Shown: positions 13,201 to 24,700 of the stretch, piece after piece | Layout of the letters: the number at the start of each line of letters is the position of its first letter | How positions within the stretch are numbered: the stretch's first letter is position 1 | NCBI GenBank assembly: GCA_002269645.1 | Contig: NIVC01000955.1 | Coordinates: 264,401-328,400 of the forward strand | Direction: 5' to 3' | Source: Macrostomum lignano | Taxonomy: Eukaryota | Length of the DNA: 64,000 nt | Translations under genes and position numbers: made by a program | The notes under the pieces: generated by a model | Told to the model about the DNA's origin: nothing | Databases searched by the model: none | What the model saw: the letters and a program-made list of their open reading frames with translations, nothing else

Positions 13201-16200
13201 GTACTTTTGCTGTAATTCCTGAGTGCTAGTATGATGTTAAAATGCAGCTGAAATGGCGCCCCTTGGTGCTGGCGCCCCTTGGTGCTGGCGCCCCTTGGTG
13301 CTGGCGCCCCTTGGTGCTGGCGCCCCTTGGTGCTGGCGCCCCTTGGTGCTGGCGCCCCTTGGTGCTGGCGCCCCTTGGTGCTGGCGCCCCTTGGTGCTAA
13401 AGCCCCTTGGTGCTAAAGCCCCTTGGTGCTAAAGCCCCTTGGTGCTAAAGCCCCTTGGTGCTAAAGCCCCTTGGTGCTAAAGCCCCTTGGTGCTAAAGCC
13501 CCTTGGTGCTAAAGCCCCTTGGTGCTAAAGCCCCTTGGTGCTAAAGCCCCTTGGTGCTAAAGCCCCTTGGTGCTAAAGCCCCTTGGTGCTAAAGCCCCTT
13601 GGTGCTAAAGCCCCTTGGTGCTAAAGCCCCTTGGTGCTAAAGCCCCTTGGTGCTAAAGCCCCTTGGTGCTAAAGCCCCTTGGTGCTAAAGCCCCTTGGTG
13701 CTAAAGCCCCTTGGTGCTAAAGCCCCTTGGTGCTAAAGCCCCTTGGTGCTAAAGCCCCTTGGTGCTAAAGCCCCTTGGTGCTAAAGCCCCTTGGTGCTAA
13801 AGCCCCTTGGTGCTAAAGCCCCTTGGTGCTAAAGCCCCTTGGTGCTAAAGCCCCTTGGTGCTAAAGCCCCTTGGTGCTAAAGCCCCTTGGTGCTGGCGCC
13901 CCTTGGTGCTAAAGCCCCTTGGTGCTGGCGCCCCTTGGTGCTAAAGCCCCTTGGTGCTGGCGCCCCTTGGTGCTAAAGCCCCATGGTGCTGGCGCCCCTT
14001 GGTGCTAAAGCCCCTTGGTGCTAAAGCCCCTTGGTGCTAAAGCCCCTTGGTGCTAAAGCCCCTTGGTGCTAAAGCCCCTTGGTGCTGGCGCCCCTTGGTG
14101 CTAAAGCCCCTTGGTGCTAAAGCCCCTTGGTGCTAAAGCCCCTTGGTGCTAAAGCCCCTTGGTGCTGGCGCCCCTTGGTGCTAAAGCCCCTTGGTGCTGG
14201 CGCCCCTTGGTGCTAAAGCCCCTTGGTGCTGGCGCCCCTTGGTGCTAAAGCCCCTTGGTGCTGGCGCCCCTTGGTGCTGGCGCCCCTTGGTGCTAAAGCC
14301 CCTTGGTGCTAAAGCCCCTTGGTGCTAAAGCCCCTTGGTGCTAAAGCCCCTTGGTGCTAAAGCCCCTTGGTGCTAAAGCCCCTTGGTGCTAAAGCCCCTT
14401 GGTGCTGGCGCCCCTTGGTGCTAAAGCCCCTTGGTGCTAAAGCCCCTTGGTGCTAAAGCCCCTTGGTGCTGGCGCCCCTTGGTGCTGGCGCCCCTTGGTG
14501 CTAAAGCCCCTTGGTGCTGGCGCCCCTTGGTGCTAAAGCCCCTTGGTGCTAAAGCCCCTTGGTGCTAAAGCCCCTTGGTGCTAAAGCCCCTTGGTGCTAA
14601 AGCCCCTTGGTGCTAAAGCCCCTTGGTGCTGGCGCCCCTTGGTGCTGGCGCCCCTTGGTGCTAAAGCCCCTTGGTGCTAAAGCCCCTTGGTGCTAAAGCC
14701 CCTTGGTGCTAAAGCCCCTTGGTGCTAAAGCCCCTTGGTGCTAAAGCCCCTTGGTGCTAAAGCCCCTTGGTGCTAAAGCCCCTTGGTGCTAAAGCCCCTT
14801 GGTGCTAAAGCCCCTTGGTGCTAAAGCCCCTTGGTGCTAAAGCCCCTTGGTGCTAAAGCCCCTTGGTGCTAAAGCCCCTTGGTGCTAAAGCCCCTTGGTG
14901 CTAAAGCCCCTTGGTGCTAAAGCCCCTTGGTGCTAAAGCCCCTTGGTGCTAAAGCCCCTTGGTGCTAAAGCCCCTTGGTGCTAAAGCCCCTTGGCGCTAA
15001 AGCCCCTTGGTGCTAAAGCCCCTAAGTCCCCAAAGAAGCGTCCTAAGTAAGGAATAATTCTGAAAAGTAATACTTGTACTACTGTAGTTCAGTAATCAAT
15101 ACGATCGACAGTGGAGCTTCAAATTAAATTAATGATCTCAACGCACTACTCGTTCTGTTCATGAAACAGTTAAAATTAGTAAATAGTTTACTGGAGTGAG
15201 AGGAGAGCTCGATTCGCACTCTCCTCGATTGACGACAATTTCCTTTCGAGTCAGTCGATCACTGCAAGCCTGACTTTCTAACAGTAAAATTAGCATTTCC
15301 CAGGGTCTTTGCCGAGATCATGTAAATATCCGATAAGCTGGGAGCGAGACACTGAACTGCCCCCCCCCCAGCTGTTTTCCTTGTTGCTGGGGTACGCATA
15401 AGACAAGAGACTCTTGAGAGAAAAGCACCCTTGGGTCTGTTTTCATTTGAGCAATTATTTATGTTTATATAAGTATAAAGTAACACTTTCACTGCAAAAT
15501 AGTTTTTTCGCACTAATATACTACGATATATATTATGTATTAATTAATTAACAACTATGAATCACGCACCCATAGCAAAATCATGCAAAGTTTGGACATT
15601 AACACCCCTACTTTAGGAGCACTGCCCAAAGGTAGGGGACTTTGAGCTCGGTTGAACACTCGGTAGGGGACTCTGAGCTCGATTGAACACTCGGTAGGGG
15701 ACTCTTGTTGGTGCTAAAGCCACCAACAAGATGCTAAAGTGTTCTTGTTTGAACACTCGGTAGGGGACTCTGAGCTCCGTTGAACACTCGGTAGTGAACT
15801 CTTGTTTGAACACTCGGTAGGGGACTCTGAGCATTGTTGAACACTCGGTAGGGGACTCTGAGCTCCGTTGAACACTCGGTAGTGGACTCTTGTTTGAACA
15901 CTCGGTAGGGGACTCTGAGCATTGTTGAACACTCGGTAGGGGACTCTGAGCATTGTTGAACACTCGGTAGGGGACTCTGAGCTCCGTTGAACACTCGGTA
16001 GTGGACTCTGAGCCCGCATGCCCTCGGTATCTTGTAAGGGTTACCTGCTACAGAGAGGTGCAAACTGGAGTGGTGATTCCTGCCGACTCGAAACTGGCTG
16101 TAACGGCCTGGTTGTCAGTGAGTGAGTGATTAAGCTTGCCGACTCAACGCCGGACAATGGCCGGACTGATAGATGCTGGCAAGGGCCAAGGGCAAGAGCC

Positions 16201-18845
16201 TTGAAGCCTAGCGGTTCATCAAAGTATTGATATTTGTAGGCAGCGCCTACTATCGTGTGTGTTGGGGGGTTGTTAGCGGCTGCGCCGCGTGGCTCTGCTA
16301 GCTCAACCCTTATGCGTACAATATCAAATGTGCATGGTGCGACTTTAGCCACCATTCTGACTCAGCTCAATAATTCAATAAATATACTGATCGCTATTAT
16401 TCTCGCCTGCAAGCTTTCGGCAACTATCGACTACAACAAGCAGTTTAGCCTCGTTTCACTCACTACAATATTCACTTCTCCGCAATTTTCAGGCGAGTTC
16501 CCCTGTCTGCGGGTGCACTTTGTACTTCGTCGAGTGTTTGCCGTATACCTGATCCAGTACTACGTGCCCAGCACTCTCATTGTCGTGCTGTCCTGGGTGT
16601 CCTTCTGGATCAGCATTGAAGCCGTGCCAGCACGGATATCGTTGGGTCAGTGTGTTAACCTTCCTGTGTAAACTAACTTCTCTGGATTATGAGTCGATGT
16701 TAGAAACGGCACTTTTCAGGCATGACATCAATTATCCATATCTGCAACAAATATTTTTTTAGTTTGAAGTTACGCTCGTACTCTTCTTTGGGTCCCCATA
16801 GAAAAAACTGACTTTATACTAAACCAGATAAAGGTGGAGCATGAAAAATTCAGAAGCCAGCACCGTGTCTAGGATCCGGTTTCCCGTGAACCGGAACTCT
16901 GAAGGGCTTAAGCTAAAATGACAGGTGATGAAGTGGACTAGGAAAGATGTAAGAATAGCGATATAGATTTAGAGTGCATCTGTGAAAGTGTTGCTCTCCG
17001 CAGTGGGGTAGGCAGGAATTCTAACTGGAAGGGATCGCAACCCTAAGGGGCCCCAATATTTGGTCTCTTGTTCGGCGGCTATGTCTTTTTTGGGTGGCCA
17101 TGTCCCTTGGTAGGCGGCCATGTCCCTTGGTAGGCGGCCCTGTCTCTTGTTAGACGGCCCTGTCTCTTGTTAGACGGCCCTGTCTCTTGTTAGGCGGCCC
17201 TGTCTCTTGTTAGGCGGCCCTGTCTCTTGTTAGGCGGCCCTGTCTCTTGTTAGGCGGCCCTGTCTCTTGTTAGGCGGCCCTGTCTCTTGTTAGGCGGCCC
17301 TGTCCCTTGGTAGGCGGCCCTGTCTCTTGTTAGGCGGCCCTGTCTCTTGTTAGGCGGCCTTACCCTGTCTCTTAGCCCGGTGGATTTCACGTCCACGAGG
17401 GGCGAATGTTGAGCTCCTGTTGAGTTTATCTCTTTCATTATGTTTTTGGAGGTGCGCAATTTTTGTGGAGGCGACTGAGGGAGGGGAGGCCGCGGCCCCT
17501 GACTCCCTTGACTACCATTGTTCAAAATCTTGGCCCTGTAGTAACCTTTACCAAATCTATGCTCGAATTCAGGCGTGATGACCGTCCTGTCAATGACCAC
17601 ACAGTCCATGGGCCTGTGGATGACGCTGCCAAAAGCGTCTTACATCAAAGCCATCGACATCTGGATGGGCGTCACAGTGATGTATGTGTTCAGCGCGATG
17701 CTCGAATTCGCCATGGTCAACACCATGGCTAGAAATGAGATCCGGCGTGTCACCAGGCGAATTCGAAAGGCGGCGAAAAGATCGATGAATGGCAACGCGC
17801 AGGAAGGAGACACCCAGGATCCGTTCATGTCGCCTCTGATGGTGAGCGAGTCCGGGCCTGACTTGGAACCTCCTACCCCCGATTCTACAACCTGCTACCC
17901 CCTATTCTACAACCTACTACCCCCCGATTCCACAACCTCCTACCCCCGATTCCACAACCTGCTACTCCCGATTCTACAACCTGCTACCCCCTATTCTACA
18001 ACCTACTACCCCCGATTCCACAACCTCCTACCCCCGATTCCACAACCTGCTACTCCCCGATTCTACAACCTGCTACCCCCTATTCTACAACCTGCTACCC
18101 CCTATTCCACAGCCTCCTACCCCCGATTTTACAACCTGCTACCCCCCGATTCCACAACCTCCTACCCCCGATTCCACAACCTGCTACTCCCCGATTCTAC
18201 AACCTGCTACCCCCTATTCTACAACCTGCTACCCCCTATTCCACAGCCTCCTACCCCCGATTCTACAACCTGCTACCCCCTATTCTACAACCTGCTACCC
18301 CCTATTCCACAGCCTCCTACCCCCGATTCCACAACCTGCTACTCCCCGATTCTACAACCTGCTACCCCCTATTCTACAACCTACTACCCCCCGATTCCAC
18401 AACCTCCTACCCCCGATTCCACAACCTGCTACCCCCTATTCTACAACCTGCTACCCCCTATTCCACAGCCTCCTACCCCCTATTCTACAACCTGCTACCC
18501 CCTATTCTACAACCTGCTACCCCCTATTCCACAGCCTCCTACCCCCGATTTTACAACCTGCTAACCCCCGATTCCACAACCTGCTACTCCCCGATTCTAC
18601 AACCTGCTACCCCCTATTCTACAACCTGCTACCCCCGATTCTGCAACCAGCTACCCCCCCCCCATTTCCCTCCTATAACGCAGGCCAAGAAGCTGGTCAA
18701 TGAATACACATACGGCGACTGGAAGACCTGGGCCCCGAATTCACGTCAGATCGCGCGAAAAATTGACAAATTCTCTCGCGTTCTGTTCCCGCTTAGTTTC
18801 AGCATTTTCTTCACCGGCTACTGGTGTCACTTCATCTTTTTCTGA
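7274..18845 (+). CDS. Cys-loop ligand-gated anion channel subunit (glycine receptor/GluCl-like), 9 exons, ~439 aa
   Basis: Phase-consistent GT-AG exons: 7274-7350 (signal peptide [13 protein letters not shown]), 8412-8482, 9009-9076 ([23 protein letters not shown]), 10920-11221 ([17 protein letters not shown]...[12 protein letters not shown]), 12067-12149 (Cys-loop [15 protein letters not shown]), 12223-12357, 16493-16645 (M1, AVPARISL), 17573-17841 (M2-M3, [13 protein letters not shown]), 18684-18845 (M4, [11 protein letters not shown]). The 68, 83 and 153-bp exons match GABA/glycine receptor gene structure. Exon 2 is the least certain. Confidence 0.93.
11317..11580 (-). mobile_element. SINE family 1, 5'-truncated copy with complete 3' tail
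   Basis: Reverse complement of the 54163-54500 copy; ends CCTGCCTCTAATTAAAA. Confidence 0.85.
11590..11920 (+). mobile_element. SINE family 1, diverged subfamily copy with decayed tRNA head
   Basis: AGCTTAGTGG (A box) ...GATTCGATTC (B box-like), then core GGCCAACCCCCAAGGCACAGATAGTGTACATGCC and tail GAGCGGAATGGGCAG. Confidence 0.75.
12395..12745. repeat. 16-bp minisatellite (TTTAACTTTGAGGATG) in receptor intron 6
   Basis: Direct tandem copies. Confidence 0.9.
13254..15023. repeat. 16-bp dimorphic minisatellite (CCCCTTGGTGCT-GGC/AAA-G)
   Basis: About 110 units of two types. Confidence 0.97.
15630..16012. repeat. ~30-bp minisatellite (GTTGAACACTCGGTAGGGGACTCTGAGC...)
   Basis: Direct tandem copies. 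Confidence 0.9.
17095..17360. repeat. 20-bp minisatellite (GGCGGCCCTGTCTCTTGTTA)
   Basis: About 13 copies. Confidence 0.93.
17868..18662. repeat. ~22-bp minisatellite (CCCCCTATTCTACAACCTGCTA) filling receptor intron 8
   Basis: Starts ~26 bp after the GT donor at 17842 and ends ~20 bp before the AG at 18682-18683. Confidence 0.93.
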
Positions 18846-18904
18846 GCCCATTTTCCGCAAAGAGTCAGTGCTCGGATGGGGATTTTTGCTCGAAATCCCA
18901 AATC

Positions 18905-19175
18905 CAAACTCGTCCCGTCCCGACATGTCCCGAGATTCCATCCCGACTTGTCCCGAGATCCCGTCCCAACTTATCCCGAGATCCCGTCCCAATTTATCCC
19001 GAGATCCCGTCCCAACTTATCCCGAGATCTTATCCCGACTTGTCCCGAGATTCCATCCGGACTTATCCCGAGATCCCATCCCGACTTGTCCCGAGATCCC
19101 GTCCCAACTTATCCCGAGATCCCGTCCCAACTTATCCCGAGATCCCGTCCCAACTTATCCCGAGATCCCATCCGT
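18905..19175. repeat. 23-bp minisatellite (ATCCCGAGATCCCGTCCCAACTT) just 3' of the receptor stop
   Basis: Direct tandem copies. Confidence 0.9.
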
Positions 19176-19669
19176 CCCTGCGCCAGAAAGTCTGTCCCGT
19201 CCGAGCTTTATACAGAACCCACTCGTGCAGCTTCTGTTATAGATAATTGCAGTGTTATAAATCAGAATTGCTTTGAGCAATATTTATATCGTACTCATAT
19301 TTATTAAAACATAAATTTTTATGAGCTGGTGTGAATAAAACCTGCGACGCGAGATTTATGTGGCCACAATGTGAACTTTTCATGCACTTTTTGCTTTGCG
19401 CTGCTAAGCCGGTGAAAAAATGACCTGAATATAAAACTGGGAAAGATGGTTTGACTTAAAAAAAGTTTTTTGAAATTCGAAAATTTCTTCGAACAAATGA
19501 CATGCTTAGCAGCGCAAACCAAGCAAAATATCATACTCGTATTTCTTAATTTTCCCAATTATGTTCGCTACAGCATAAGATCTTATATTGTTTTTTATAC
19601 TCATAGTGACAGAAGAAAGATCAGATAGCAGTTTTTTTGTTTCTTAGATATGGTTTGAATTACCATTTG

Positions 19670-19985
19670 AAAAACCTCCCCCTCACGCCTCACCCAAAAA
19701 AACAACCTCACGCCTTACCTCCAAAGCATCCACCTCACGCCTTACCCCTAAAAACACCCACCTCACGCCTGGCCCCCCAAACACCCACCTCACCCCTTAC
19801 CCCCAAACACCCACCCCACGCCTTACATCGCCAAAACACCCACCTCAAGCCTTACCCCCAAAGCACCCACCTTACGCCTGGCTCCCAAAACACTCACCTC
19901 AAGCCCTGCCCCCAAAACAACTACCCCACGCCTTACCGCCAAAACACCCACCTCACATCTAGCTCTCAAAAACACCCTCACGCTC
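19670..19985. repeat. Degenerate ~27-bp minisatellite (CTCACGCCTT.CCCCCAAAACACCCAC)
   Basis: Same unit as 22470-22830. Confidence 0.8.
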
Positions 19986-20679
19986 TGCATATCCTCCTGC
20001 ACACTTCCTCACTGCCTCCAAGATTTTATCTCTGATTCAAGTTGAGTCCAACGAGAATTAACTTTTCATTTTAATTACAAAATGACAGATCATTTTAATT
20101 ACATGGAAGCTTCAAAACATTTTGCCACAAAAAGTACTTAGATATTGAATGTACGCTTCGTATTTTTTGGTACAAACAGAACAGAAAATTTTCTGTGATT
20201 TTTGTGTAAAAGCATTCTCTATTCTAAACAAACAGAATAAAAGACAGTTGTCACGCAGTTGCTTGAACTATGAATATTCAGTTGGCAAAGTATTGTTTCT
20301 CGCAGTAGTTTATATTTTTGATTTGCTTAACTTAGACAACAATTTTTGGACTAATTGCTACAAGGGTTTTCATACTACTCTTAACTTATATTTAGTTTTC
20401 TTCTTAACTTTAAGTGCTGTAAGGGGTGCTGGTTTGGGCATTATGTCCCAATAGAAAGGAAAAATCTAACAGTCAGACAAACTGGAAACGAAACATCATT
20501 GCTCTACAATCCAATTCTTTGTGAAGCAGAGCGTTCGTGATGCTGATTTTTGTGCAGCAATTTACTGGCTAAATTATTAAAAATATTAACCTAACAAGTT
20601 ATGACAATAGAGCTGTAATTTGACGATAAGGGAAAGCTAAACTATAGATACGACCTTAAAGATTGAGACAAAGAGCATA

Positions 20680-20920
20680 GAGGTGGGTGCCCGCTAGCGA
20701 AACAGAGAGAAGAGAGTGAGGACTGAGAGCGTAGGGTTGGGTAACCACTAGCCAATCACAGAGGAGAATGAGAAAGAGAGAGGAGGGGTGGGTGACCGCT
20801 AGCCAATCAGAGAGAAGAGAGTGAGACAGAGAGAGGAGGGGTGGGTGACCGCCAGCCAATCAGAGAGAAGAGAGTGAGACAGAGAGCGTAGGGGTGGGTG
20901 ACCGCTAGCCAATCAGAGAT
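20680..20920. repeat. ~58-62-bp minisatellite (GGGTGGGTGACCGCTAGCCAATCAGAGAGAAGAGAG...)
   Basis: About 4 copies. Confidence 0.85.
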
Positions 20921-21020
20921 AAGCAATATGCATTAGTGCAATCGTAGATATGCTGGCAATTAGCGAGTGACGATAGTGACAATAGGTTTTCATTTTATAT
21001 CAGGTTCATAAAAAGTCAAA

Positions 21021-21302
21021 TTAGTTGCCATGCTGCTGCTGGTTGAGCTGCAAGTCGAGCACCATGAGACAGGCGAACAGAGTCATCATCATGTTCTTGT
21101 TCACCTGGACTACGTGCTCGGGCAGGGTGAAAATTCTGGCGCCCAGCATGCGGGCGGCGCTGAGGATGTAGCGGGCTCGGTCCAGCGGGTCGACGGCGGC
21201 CTCAGCGGCGGCCCAGTTGATGCGGCGCGGCTTGATGGCGTCCAGCAGGTCGAGGATCACCAAGCCGTCCGCGATACTGGGGTCCTGAGGGGTCAATTAG
21301 TT

Positions 21303-21390
<88 letters not shown>

Positions 21391-21466
21391 CATCCATCCA
21401 TCAATTAATCAATCAATTAATCAATCAATTCATTATTTAATCAATCAATCAATCAATCCATCAATT

Positions 21467-21513
<47 letters not shown>

Positions 21514-21581
21514 TAATTATTTAATTAATCTGTCAATCAACCAATCAATCAACCATTTAATCGATCCATCATTTAATCAAT

Positions 21582-21672
<91 letters not shown>

Positions 21673-21677
21673 GCAAG

Positions 21678-21750
<73 letters not shown>

Positions 21751-24700
21751 CAACAGCCCCCCTCCTCGACAACCTTAAACCCGGCCAGCCGCCGCCTCTT
21801 CCCGGCAGAGTGCAGCCGGGAGTTGGCCCACTCCAGAATCTGCTGCTCCTCGATCCTCTGCTGCCTTTCGCCGCTGTCGCCGCCGTCGCTACCGCAGCGC
21901 AGTCGAGCCAGCAGGCCCAGGGTGTACGCGCGCAACAGCTGAAACGCCAAGGCCAGCGTCAACTTCCGGTCGCCATCTCGGATATCCTCAGCTCCAATAT
22001 TGGTCATCGGCAGTCCCGCGGCCCTCGCCGAGTCCACCACGTAGTTGCAATTGGCCTGCCACTGGAACAGCCGGCGACCAGCGGCTGGAGCGAATTGGCG
22101 ACACACTTTTGACCAGGGCGCAACGCCTGGCCGAATAATGTCTAACAGGCTGAGCAGGATGAGACCGTTGCGCAGGTCGGAGTAAAGATCCTTGACGTAG
22201 GGATTCACTCCGAGGCTGTTCATCCAGTTGCGGTACGTTCGCTCCTCCAAGCTCTCTTGGTTGTCCAATTCTTCGAAAGCGCCATCGGTGCCGTTTCCAC
22301 CATTGACGTTCGAGTCCATGGCCTTAGATTAATAGAAGAAAAATCGATCGATTGACTTTTTGAGCCGACTTAGTAGCTGAGTGGGTACGTAAAGCGTTTA
22401 AGTCTAAAACTGTATATTTTAGCCACCATCTCAGCTAACACCCACTTCGCACTTTACCCCAAAAAACAACCACCTTGCACTTTGGCACCAAAATACCCAC
22501 CTCACGCCTTACCCTTAAAAGCACCCAGCTCACGCCTAAAAATATCCACCTCACGCCCTGCCCCCAAAACACCCACCTCACGCCTTGCCCACGAAACACC
22601 CACCTCACGCCCTGCCCTCAAAACATCCACCTCACGCCTTGCCCACGAAACACCCACCTCACGCCCTGCCCTCAAAACACCCACCTCACGCCTTGCCCAC
22701 GAAACACCAACCTCACGCCCTGCCCTCAAAACACCCACCTCACGCCTTGCCCACGAAATACCCACCTCACGCCTTGCCCCCAAAACACCCACCTCACGCC
22801 TTGCCCCCAAAATAACCACCTCACGCCTTACATTTCTAAAGTTGATTCGAAATTCGAGAGCGAAATAGCAACTAATATTTATAACAATGTCTAATCGTCA
22901 GGCATGTACACTCTTTGTGCCTTTTGGGTTGATCCTCATGAGTGTGAATCGCACCACCAACCTTCTTCGACCAATTTTCGTGCACAAGCCTCAAATAAAT
23001 GGAGCCGCTGCGCACGGAATCAAACCAAAGGTTGTGGCGCGAGAGTCGGACCACCAATAAAATATTAATTCGATACATTTCATAAATTAGACTTTACTCA
23101 CGGGATAATGATTGAACAGATTGGCCACAAAGGCCAGGTTAAGCTTCTCCCGATTTCTCCCAGCCTCGCTGGCTCCGGCCACGTCCTCCGGCTGGACAAA
23201 GACGGCGGCGTCCAGTTTTGCAGCGTTGCCCAGCACCAGGCGGGCTCGCTCTAGTCGGTCCGACGAAGGCAGGGCCAGCACTTGGCCTGCTGGGATCAGG
23301 TCTCGTCTGGGGAGTTGGGCATGGGTTGAGCTTAGATTAATGAAGGGAGCTTAGACTATTGAAGGGAGATCAGAATAATGAAGGGAGACTAGACTAATGA
23401 AGAGAGATTAGACTAATGACGGGAGATTAGACTAATGGGAGGAGATTAGACTAATGGGAGGAGATTAGACTAATTAAATGAAGGAAATTTAGACTAATGA
23501 TCAGGGAAGCTTAGACTAATAAAGGGAGATTAGACTAATAGAGATTAGGATAATGAAGGGAGATTAGACAAATGAAGGGAGCTTAGGCTAATGAAGGGAG
23601 ATTTGAGTAATGAAGGGAAATTAGACTAATGAGGGGAGCGCTCAAGTGAGGAGGAGTGGATTAAGCCAGATTTTTCATTTTCAGTCAGAGCCTACCTTCG
23701 CTGCGCGGGCGCCACCTGCGGCAGCAGATAGGCGTACGCCTCGCAGTCCTCGATATCCTCGCGGAAGTTGCGCAACCTCTTGGCGCAGCCGGCCCGGTCC
23801 AGCTGGTGATTGACCCAGCGCAGCAGGAGGTCCTCCGGGCTGAGCTGGCGCAGCTCCTCGACAGTCTCGCCAGGCAGCAGTAGCGCTGCCTTTTTGTCAG
23901 ATAGGAGATGCATGCTGGAAATTCTGTCTATGACTCGCAACATGCGCTTTTCATCTACTTTCAGTAGCATCGCTTGGACAAGGTTTTAATTTCACGCAAT
24001 GGTCAGTTAGACATCTTATATATCTAGTCAGTGAGGTGGATTGCTAGTCTGTGCGATGGATTGCTAGTATGTGTGGTGGATTGCTAGTCTGTGTTATGGA
24101 TTGCTAGTCTGTGTGGTGGAGTGCTAGTCTGTGATGTGGATTGCTAGTCTGTGTTATGGATTGCTAGTCTGTGTGGTGGAGTGCTAGTCTGTGATGTGGA
24201 TTGCTAGTCTGTGTTATGGATTGCTAGTCTGTGATGTGGATTGCTAGTCTGTGATGTGGATTGCTAGTCTGTGTTATGGATTGCTAGTCTGTGTGGTGGA
24301 TTGCTAGTCTGTGTTGTGGATTGCTAGTCTGTGATGTGGATTGCTAGTCTGTGATGTGGATTGCTAGTCTGTGATGTGGATTGCTAGTCTGAGATTCTGA
24401 TTGCTAGTCACAGTGCAGACAGGTATTAATTACCAGCTCCCTATGCTGAGCCAAAGTGATATCCTTGACCAGGCCGATTCTAATAATCTGCCATAGCAGC
24501 CCCAGCACGATGTGCTGCCGCCGCTCGCTGATGTCCTTCGCTCCGATGTTCACCACGAAGCAGCCGATTGACTCGGCGGAGTTGATGGCCAGCCCCAGGT
24601 TCTCGTGTCGGCGGTAGCCTGCGGCGGCGCCGCCGGAGCCACCGACCAACTCGGCCTTGTTGATGGCTCGCTCGTGGACCGTGTTGGGCACCGCGCAATT

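Noticed and set aside
16920-16960. Box C (GTGATGA) of an intronic snoRNA
   Set aside because: No matching box D with a terminal stem at a suitable distance, and it is an unlikely host gene.
17842-18564. C-terminal extension of ORF 17575-18564 as a long M3-M4 loop
   Set aside because: It is read-through past the GTGAG donor at 17842 into a 22-bp satellite; M4 is on a separate exon at 18684.
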